Positions 49,741 through 56,690 of a stretch of DNA of 56,690 nucleotides are shown here, one piece after another (positions within the stretch are counted from its first letter, which is position 1; every line of letters starts with the position of its first letter). The stretch is from an uncultured delta proteobacterium (lineage in GTDB: Bacteria > Desulfobacterota > Syntrophobacteria > BM002). The stretch covers positions 1 to 56,690 of the forward strand of contig CAVQGX010000025.1 in assembly GCA_963712115.1 (NCBI GenBank), written 5' to 3'. Under the pieces are notes generated by a model. It searched no databases. It had not been told where the DNA came from and worked only from the letters and a program-made list of their open reading frames with translations. A program made the position numbers and the translations under genes.

Positions 49741-51219
49741 ATGTCGGCACAAGAGACGGTTTTGGTAGTTGACGATGAAAGGGTGGTTCGAGATGGCTGT
49801 TGTCGTATCCTCAAACCTGAGGGTCTTCAGGTTCTAACCGCAGAAAACGGCCAGGAGGCTTTGGAAGCCCTTGAGAGAGAAACCGTCAATCTCATTCTTT
49901 GCGACCTGAAGATGCCCGTCATGGGAGCCCTCGGGGTGCTGGAGAAGATTGGGGAGAGGTACCCCAATATCCCGGTGATCATTATTACCGGTCACGGTAC
50001 GGTCGAGAGTGCGGTAGAATGTATGAAGAGGGGGGCTTACGATTTCATTACCAAACCTTTCAGGGCCGACCATCTCGTTCTGATTGTCAGAAGAGCGCTG
50101 GAAAAGCAAGCACTCGAACGGAGAGCCCGGCAGCTTCAAGAGGAGCGGGCCAGAAGCCTCTATGATCTGGCCGCGGAGCAGAGCCGCATCCGCACCATAG
50201 TGAGTTGCATGGCAGACGGGGTATTGGTGACCACACCTGATCTGGAAGTGGTACTTCACAACCCAGCGTCCACTAGGCTTTTGGAGTTCTTGCCGCCAGC
50301 GAGTCCGGGAAGAGCAATCTCCGACTACATAGATGATCACAATCTCGGTAAGGCACTCAGGAACCTTTTGGCGAATGCCCAGGGGGAAGAAGAATGTATT
50401 GCCCAAGAATTGTTCGCGGGCGGTAAACATCTCAGGGCGCTTTCCGCCTTGGTCTATGGCCCCGAGCGCCAGGTACTCGGTACGGTCACGGTTCTCCACG
50501 ACGTGACTTCCTTTAAAGAATTGGATGAAATGAAATCCAATTTCGTCCACCATGTGTCTCACGAACTGCGGGCTCCCCTCTCGGCTATTAAGCAGCAACA
50601 TACGGTGATTTTGGATGGCTTAGCGGGGGAATTGACTGGCAAACAGAGAGAGCTCCTGAGCCGTGCCCAGGATAAAATTCAGGGATTGTTAGATATGATC
50701 AAGGACCTGCTCGACGTTGCCAAAATTGAAAGTGGCCATGGAGTTCAGCAGCAAGTTCCGATGAACCTTGCGGACATCCTAGGGCAAACAGTATCTCTGA
50801 TGAAAGCCAAGGCTGAGGAGCGGGGGCTTTCCCTTGAACTGGAGCTACCGTCAGATCTACCTTTGGTTCAGGCAGATGAACGAAGTATTGAGGAAGTCTT
50901 TACCAATCTGGTGAGTAACGCCATCAACTATACCCCGGACGGAGGTACTGTTAATGTCTTAGCAATCCCCCATGAGGAATACCTGGAGGTGCGGATCAGT
51001 GACACCGGCGTAGGCATTTCAGCGGAGGAGATTCCTAAGATATTTGACAAATTTTATCGGGTGAAACATCCTGAGACCAGACAGGTAATCGGAACCGGCC
51101 TCGGTCTTTCCATTGTGAAAGCAATCATTGAGGCGCACCGCGGCTCAGTGGAAGTGGAAAGTGAACCAGGGGTAGGCACCACCTTTAGAGTGCTACTCCC
51201 TACGATTGCGGGGCAATGA
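49741..51219 (+). CDS. Receiver-PAS-histidine kinase
   Basis: N-terminal receiver; VSHELRAPL, FYRV, GTGLGL. Confidence 0.93.
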   Translation: MSAQETVLVVDDERVVRDGCCRILKPEGLQVLTAENGQEALEALERETVNLILCDLKMPVMGALGVLEKIGERYPNIPVIIITGHGTVESAVECMKRGAYDFITKPFRADHLVLIVRRALEKQALERRARQLQEERARSLYDLAAEQSRIRTIVSCMADGVLVTTPDLEVVLHNPASTRLLEFLPPASPGRAISDYIDDHNLGKALRNLLANAQGEEECIAQELFAGGKHLRALSALVYGPERQVLGTVTVLHDVTSFKELDEMKSNFVHHVSHELRAPLSAIKQQHTVILDGLAGELTGKQRELLSRAQDKIQGLLDMIKDLLDVAKIESGHGVQQQVPMNLADILGQTVSLMKAKAEERGLSLELELPSDLPLVQADERSIEEVFTNLVSNAINYTPDGGTVNVLAIPHEEYLEVRISDTGVGISAEEIPKIFDKFYRVKHPETRQVIGTGLGLSIVKAIIEAHRGSVEVESEPGVGTTFRVLLPTIAGQ

Positions 51220-51237
51220 TCAGTGAAGGAGAAAACT

Positions 51238-51458
51238 GAACCACAAAGAGCACAATGGCAGTGATACCACTGCCAAATTCGCAATCCTAAGCACGAAACA
51301 CTAAACAATACCAAAATACAAATGTTCCAACGCTCCAAACGACAAGAGCCTAAAATTCATTGAAGTAGGTTTTGATCATTTGAATTTTGAAAATTTGAAT
51401 TTGTTTAGGATTTAGATATTCGGATTTCGGATTTCTTCTTCTCCGTGTGCTCTGTGGT
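51238..51458. repeat. Composite palindromic intergenic element
   Basis: AACCACAAAGAGCACA...GTGTGCTCTGTGGT ends (as at 12137-12276) enclosing a copy of the 16794-16987 family. Confidence 0.65.
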
Positions 51459-51511
51459 AAGAGCACCCTATTTTGACGCCGACAGGATCATAGAAGGTAA
51501 GGCTGCCGATT

Positions 51512-52882
51512 ATGGCAAAGACAAAGAGAAAACCCAAGGTACTGGTAGTAGATGATGAAGCAGTAGTGCGGGCAGGAATCTCTCGGGTTCTGGAAAAGCA
51601 GGGTCTATCGATTCACACTGCTGCCGATGGCAGTGAGGCCCTGGAAATAATGGCAGAGTATCACATTAATATCGTTTTATTAGATATCAAAATGCCAGGT
51701 CTAGACGGAATTGAGGTCCTGCGACATATACGCGCCACCTATCCTGACACGGTGGTGATAATGATTACAGGACATCCCACCATACAGAGTGCTATTGAGT
51801 GCACCAAGCTGGGGGCCATAGACTACCTAGTGAAACCCTTCAGAGTTGACGAACTGGAATCCCTCATCCTGAAAGCTCAAAAGCAAGTGACTAAAGATAC
51901 AGAATCCAAGGCCGCTCCTGAGGAAGGGGCAAAGGTTGGGGATGTTCCATACATCGTAGGCAGTAGTCAGGCCATGCGAGAAGTCTTCTCCAAGGTAAGG
52001 AGAGCCGCCCCCAGTGACAGCACTGTGCTCCTCACCGGTGAAAGCGGCACAGGTAAAGAACTAGTAGCTCGGGCAATCCACACCCTCAGTGATCGGGCAG
52101 AAAAAGAATTTGTGCCAGTAGATTGTTCCGCCCTGGTTGAAAGCCTCCTGGAAAGTGAGCTTTTTGGTCACGTCAAAGGTTCTTTCACTGGAGCTTTTCA
52201 GACAAAACACGGTCTTTTTGAACTGGCCAACCATGGTACCTTTTTCTTTGACGAAATCTCTAATTTAAGTGTCAACATCCAGGCAAAACTGCTCAGAGTA
52301 ATCCAGGAACGGGAATTCATGAAGGTGGGGAGCCAGAAACGGATAAGATTGGACATTCGCATTATCGCCTCCTCCAATCGTGATCTCAAAGAGGCTATAA
52401 AAGATGGGTCCTTTCGCGAAGACCTTTACTATCGTCTGAGTGTTATTCCCATTAGATTGCCGCCCCTTCGTGATAGAATTGGTGACGTGCCGCTACTTGT
52501 GGGCCACTTTCTCAAATCGCACTCTCAAAAAAGAAACGGGCGGCAGCGGGACGTCTCCAAGCGAGCCCTGGAGATGCTCTCGGCTTATTCATGGCCAGGT
52601 AACGTTCGGGAGTTGGAACACACAATCGAGCGCATTCTTATCCTGGAGGATTGCGACGTAATCGAACCCGAGCACCTACCCGCCTTTATCAGCCAGAGAC
52701 AGGGTGAGTTCCAGGTGTTCTCAGAAGAGAGCTTCAGTCTAGAGGAGCTCGAGAAGAGGTATATCCAATTCGTTCTTCGTCAGACCAAAGGTAGGCGGCA
52801 AGAAGCGGCCCGTATTCTGGGTATCAACCGAAAGACTCTCGCCGGCAAGATCAAGAAATACGGCCTGCGGGTAAATTGGTAA
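51512..52882 (+). CDS. NtrC-family sigma54 response regulator
   Basis: Receiver, [17 protein letters not shown]. Confidence 0.95.
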   Translation: MAKTKRKPKVLVVDDEAVVRAGISRVLEKQGLSIHTAADGSEALEIMAEYHINIVLLDIKMPGLDGIEVLRHIRATYPDTVVIMITGHPTIQSAIECTKLGAIDYLVKPFRVDELESLILKAQKQVTKDTESKAAPEEGAKVGDVPYIVGSSQAMREVFSKVRRAAPSDSTVLLTGESGTGKELVARAIHTLSDRAEKEFVPVDCSALVESLLESELFGHVKGSFTGAFQTKHGLFELANHGTFFFDEISNLSVNIQAKLLRVIQEREFMKVGSQKRIRLDIRIIASSNRDLKEAIKDGSFREDLYYRLSVIPIRLPPLRDRIGDVPLLVGHFLKSHSQKRNGRQRDVSKRALEMLSAYSWPGNVRELEHTIERILILEDCDVIEPEHLPAFISQRQGEFQVFSEESFSLEELEKRYIQFVLRQTKGRRQEAARILGINRKTLAGKIKKYGLRVNW

Positions 52883-53051
52883 CGGATGGGACATTTTTAC
52901 CCAATAAGTAAATTATTCATGTAATACAGTACCTTGTAAAGATAGCCCAGTAAAATCCGGGGTATATCCCCCGGTCCTTTTCCCCAATTCCCCTCACCCC
53001 CACACAGTCTATCCTATCGAAATAAAATAATTTTTTAGATTTTACTTGAAT

Positions 53052-53066
53052 AGGCACAGGGTTTGC
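53052..53066 (+). promoter_or_regulatory. Sigma54 -24/-12 promoter
   Basis: AGGCAC-AGGGT-TTGC. Confidence 0.75.
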
Positions 53067-53123
53067 TCAAGTGGAGTAGGGTCAGTTGAGTTTTGGGAAT
53101 CTCCCCCTAACAGGTAGGAAGCA

Positions 53124-53507
53124 GTGACAGAGTGCGGAACCTTGTTGATAGGTGAGTCAGGTTGCAAGCTGGCGACTGAGCTTGAGCCGTGGGTCACCGA
53201 AAAAGGGTACAAGGTCAGAGCTGTTGAAAATATCAAGGATGTTTTCCTCGCCCTCCAGTGCGAGAAGATCCATGTCCTGGTAATGGATGTTTGTCTGCCG
53301 GAGGAGATGGGCTGTGAGGCCATTTCCATAATCAAGAGTATGCACAGTAAGTTACCTATTATTGTCACCACGGACGAGAATAACCCGGAACTGGAGAGTA
53401 GCGTCAGACAGATGGGTATCTTCTACTATCACGTGAAGTCTTTTGGAATGGACGAACTCATGCTCGCCATTTCTAATGCCATGGCGCGCTCCACACGGTT
53501 GAGATAA
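53124..53507 (+). CDS. Atypical single-domain receiver protein
   Basis: VMDVCLP, IIVTT, HVKSF; the acidic pair after beta1 is degenerate (LLIGES). Confidence 0.75.
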   Translation: MTECGTLLIGESGCKLATELEPWVTEKGYKVRAVENIKDVFLALQCEKIHVLVMDVCLPEEMGCEAISIIKSMHSKLPIIVTTDENNPELESSVRQMGIFYYHVKSFGMDELMLAISNAMARSTRLR

Positions 53508-53517
53508 GGGAGGTCCT

Positions 53518-54393
53518 ATGCAGATGGAGAAAAAAATGACCTCGGGAGAATTCCTGGTACTGGCGGAAATGGAGCCTCCCAAGGGGGTGGATGTTTCGCA
53601 GATGGTTGCTAACGCCACCAGGGTGCGGGGCAGGGTTGATGCATTTGTGGTTCCGGAGATGAGCAATGCCGTTATGAAGATGAGCTCCCTAGGCGCTGCC
53701 ATCCTGCTGCAGAGTAAGGGATTGGAAACTGTCATGCAGCTCTGCTGTCGCGACCGCAATCGACTGGCCCTGCAGGCGGACCTGCTTGCAGCCCAGGCCT
53801 TGGGGGTGGCAAATGTCATGGCCGTTACCGGGGAGGATCCCACCTATGGGGACCATCACCGTGCCCGGGCTGTCTATGACATCGATCTGGTTGAACTGTT
53901 GGAAGTGATCAAAAATCTTCAGAATGGTCGAGATATGGCGGGTGTTGAGCTTAACGGCGCACCACATTTCCTCGTGGGTTCCACGGTAAATTCCGGCGCC
54001 AGTGGTGGCGCTCTCGATATGGAGCTGGCGGAACTTGACAGGAAAATAGCCGCTGGCGCCAAGTTTTTTGTGACGCCGCCGGTTTTTGACCTGGAATCGT
54101 TCTCCGGGTTTATGAGGAAGGTTGCCGGCCGGGAGGCCAAGGTCATTCCCACCGTGCTCCTGCTGAAATCAGTAGGCATGGCGCGATACATCGACCGTCA
54201 TCTCGATAATGTCACCGTTCCGAGTGAAGTTGTGAGTCGGATTCAGAAGGCTCAAGACAAGGTGGGTGAATGCATTGACATTGCCGCAGAATTAGTTTCC
54301 GGCCTGAGGAAAATGGGCTGCAACGGTGTGCTCATCGTCCCCCTTGGCTGGGAACACAAACTCCTGGACATCTTAGACGGAGCAAAAGCGTAA
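53518..54393 (+). CDS. metF: Methylenetetrahydrofolate reductase (MetF-like)
   Basis: AEMEPPKG, CRDRNRLALQADL, VTGEDP, KIAAGAKFFVT. Confidence 0.85.
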   Translation: MQMEKKMTSGEFLVLAEMEPPKGVDVSQMVANATRVRGRVDAFVVPEMSNAVMKMSSLGAAILLQSKGLETVMQLCCRDRNRLALQADLLAAQALGVANVMAVTGEDPTYGDHHRARAVYDIDLVELLEVIKNLQNGRDMAGVELNGAPHFLVGSTVNSGASGGALDMELAELDRKIAAGAKFFVTPPVFDLESFSGFMRKVAGREAKVIPTVLLLKSVGMARYIDRHLDNVTVPSEVVSRIQKAQDKVGECIDIAAELVSGLRKMGCNGVLIVPLGWEHKLLDILDGAKA

Positions 54394-54428
54394 GAATTCC
54401 ACCTCCAACCCTTACAGGAATATTAACC

Positions 54429-56690
54429 ATGGCGAGCAGAAAGAAAAAACAAAAGGCGAAAAGCGGCAAGACCAGCAAGGCCACTAAGGCCACCAAGACC
54501 GTTGGCTCAGTGATGGTTGTGGGTGGTGGCATCGCTGGCGTCCAAGCAGCTTTGGATTTGGGCAATTCCGGCTTCTATGTTCACTTAGTGGAAAATTCTC
54601 CAGCCATCGGTGGAGTCATGGCGCAGCTAGACAAGACCTTTCCCACCAATGACTGCTCCATGTGCATTCTGTCCCCCAAGCTGGTGGAATGCGGGCGGCA
54701 TCCTAATATTAGACTCCATACCTGCACTGAACTGGAAAAAGTCACTGGTGAACAGGGCCGTTTTCAAGTAACGCTGCGCCAGAAACCACGATACATCAGC
54801 CTGGACAAATGTACTGGCTGTGGCGACTGTGCCGAAGTCTGCCCGGTGGCATTACCCAGCCAGTTTGACCAGGGGCTAGGGACGAGAAAAGCCACCTTCA
54901 AACCTTACGCTCAGGCGATCCCTGGAGGATATGTCATTGAGAAGCTGGACACCGCCCCCTGTAGGATGGCATGTCCTGCTCACCTCAACGTGCAAGGCTA
55001 TGTGGCCATGGTAAAGATGGGCAAATACGAGGAGGCGGTGAAGATTATCCTCGAGGATCTGCCGCTCCCCGGGGTGCTTGGCCGTGTCTGCCCCCATAAG
55101 TGCGAGAATAGCTGCAGGCGGCTGGAGTTGGATAGCGCCATTGCCATCCGCGAGCTCAAACGTGTGGCAGCCGACCATGTGAATCTGGAGGAACTTCCCC
55201 TGCCGGAAATCACTCCTCGGGAGGAGCAAGTGGCCATTGTAGGCTCTGGGCCTGCCGGCTTGACAGCGGCCTACTATCTCGCCCTTGATGGCTACCAGGT
55301 GACCATTTATGAGGCAATGCCTGAACCGGGCGGTATGTTGCGTTATGGTATCCCGGAGCATCGGTTGCCACGTTCCGTATTGGACGCCGAAATCGCCTTG
55401 ATCCAGCGAACGGGTGTAAAAATCCAGACCAATGCGCGTCTAGGCAAGGATCTGACCATCGATGAACTGCGATCCCACGGAGCCAAAGCAATATTCCTGG
55501 CCATCGGAGCCTGGAAAGGTCTTAAACTCATGCTGGAGGGGGAAGATGCTTATGAGGGAGTGGCAGACGTCACCTCTTTTCTTAGTCAAGTTCACCTGGG
55601 AAAGCTGAAAAAACTCACCGGAAGTGTGGTGGTCATCGGCGGTGGCCACTCGGCCATTGACGGCGCCCGGGTGGCAAGGCGCCTCGGGGCCGAGGAGGTG
55701 CGGATTATTTACCGTCGTTCGCGCAGGGAGATGCTGGCCGAGCAGGAAGAAGTGGAAGAAGCGGAAAAGGAGGGAGTGGAGATCCTCTTTCAAGTGGCGC
55801 CTCTAAAAATTGTGGGCGAAAACGGCAAAGTGAGCGGTATCAAATGCATCCGCACTCGTCTTACCGAACCAGACACCAGCGGGCGTCGCAAGCCCATTCC
55901 CATAGAGGGCTCAGAGTTTTTCATCGAAGCTGAGCACATTATCCCCGCCATCGGCCAGGAACCGGACCTGGGCTTCCTCGGAACCGATCCCGAAGTTGAG
56001 ATCTCCAAGTGGAATCTTCTGGTGGTGAATCCCGAAACCTTGCAGACAAAACAGCCAGACGTCTTTGCTGGCGGCGATGCGATTACCGGCCCTGCAACAG
56101 TAATAGAGGCCGTGGAGGCCGGGAAGAGGGCCGCGCGCTACATGGCGAAATATATTCAGGGTGAAGAACTTCCCACCGAATGGGTCGAAGAACCTCCTGT
56201 CGGTACCAACTGGAAAACCATTTCTTCCGACGAGCCGGTGCGACCACGCCTCCGCCCCCCGACGCGGCCCGTGGAAGAACGCCTGGCAGGATTCGAGGAA
56301 GTCAACCTGCTGGCAAGTGAAGAAGCGACAAGAGCAGAAGCCGAGCGTTGTCTGGATTGTGGGCTTTGCTGCGAATGCATGCAATGCGTGGCCGCCTGCA
56401 AGGCGGAGGCAGTGGATCACAGTATGCAGGAAATGGCGGTCCCTGTGGAGGTGGGCTCTATTATTGCCGCGCCCGGCTTCCAACCCTTCGACCCTAGTCG
56501 TTACGAGACATACAATTACACCAAATTCCCCAACGTGGTCACCAGTATGGAGTTCGAACGTATCCTCAGCGCTTCCGGCCCATACCAGGGCCATCTGATG
56601 CGCCCCTCCGACCACATGGAACCGAAGAAGATTGCCTGGCTACAGTGTGTCGGTTCTCGAGACATCAATCAGTGTGACCACAGTTACTGT
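54429..56690 (+). CDS. hdrL: HdrL-type protein (HdrA fused to a GltD-like NAD(P)H module), runs off the window
   Basis: [18 protein letters not shown], ferredoxin, [37 protein letters not shown]; open to the end, so absent from the ORF track. Confidence 0.88.
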   Translation, partial: MASRKKKQKAKSGKTSKATKATKTVGSVMVVGGGIAGVQAALDLGNSGFYVHLVENSPAIGGVMAQLDKTFPTNDCSMCILSPKLVECGRHPNIRLHTCTELEKVTGEQGRFQVTLRQKPRYISLDKCTGCGDCAEVCPVALPSQFDQGLGTRKATFKPYAQAIPGGYVIEKLDTAPCRMACPAHLNVQGYVAMVKMGKYEEAVKIILEDLPLPGVLGRVCPHKCENSCRRLELDSAIAIRELKRVAADHVNLEELPLPEITPREEQVAIVGSGPAGLTAAYYLALDGYQVTIYEAMPEPGGMLRYGIPEHRLPRSVLDAEIALIQRTGVKIQTNARLGKDLTIDELRSHGAKAIFLAIGAWKGLKLMLEGEDAYEGVADVTSFLSQVHLGKLKKLTGSVVVIGGGHSAIDGARVARRLGAEEVRIIYRRSRREMLAEQEEVEEAEKEGVEILFQVAPLKIVGENGKVSGIKCIRTRLTEPDTSGRRKPIPIEGSEFFIEAEHIIPAIGQEPDLGFLGTDPEVEISKWNLLVVNPETLQTKQPDVFAGGDAITGPATVIEAVEAGKRAARYMAKYIQGEELPTEWVEEPPVGTNWKTISSDEPVRPRLRPPTRPVEERLAGFEEVNLLASEEATRAEAERCLDCGLCCECMQCVAACKAEAVDHSMQEMAVPVEVGSIIAAPGFQPFDPSRYETYNYTKFPNVVTSMEFERILSASGPYQGHLMRPSDHMEPKKIAWLQCVGSRDINQCDHSYC

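Noticed and set aside
54876-56615. Minus-strand ORFs at the right end
   Set aside because: Shadows of the open plus-strand hdrL frame.

Overview
Window from an anaerobic bacterium that looks like a Desulfobacterota member. It is dominated by redox metabolism and sigma54-dependent signalling. Left to right: (1) a minus-strand operon of two divergent class III CoA-transferases plus four small uncharacterised proteins, one with a BssC-like 4-Cys pattern; (2) a ~3.7 kb patch of small genes bracketed by a 380-bp direct repeat, next to a PAS sigma54 activator; (3) a heterodisulfide-reductase operon: membrane/CxxCH-HdrC fusion, HdrB, a large HdrA, MvhD and an Fe-S subunit, where HdrA and MvhD each contain an in-frame UGA followed by a SECIS-like hairpin (selenoproteins broken up by the ORF track); (4) two independent copies of an apparently undescribed module: histidine kinase + NtrC-type regulator + archaemetzincin-like Zn protease + a sigma54-driven GcvH-fold protein that lacks the lipoyl lysine and carries a tandem 4-Cys domain; (5) an expanded Orange-protein (ORP/Mrp/NifX) cluster with a divergent OrpR-like activator and a recognisable palindromic binding motif; (6) more two-component genes and a sigma54-driven metF-hdrL operon that runs off the right edge. 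There are many intergenic palindromic or MITE-like elements and several gene stubs left by duplications. No rRNA, tRNA or CRISPR array was seen. All family assignments come from reading motifs by eye, not from database searches.
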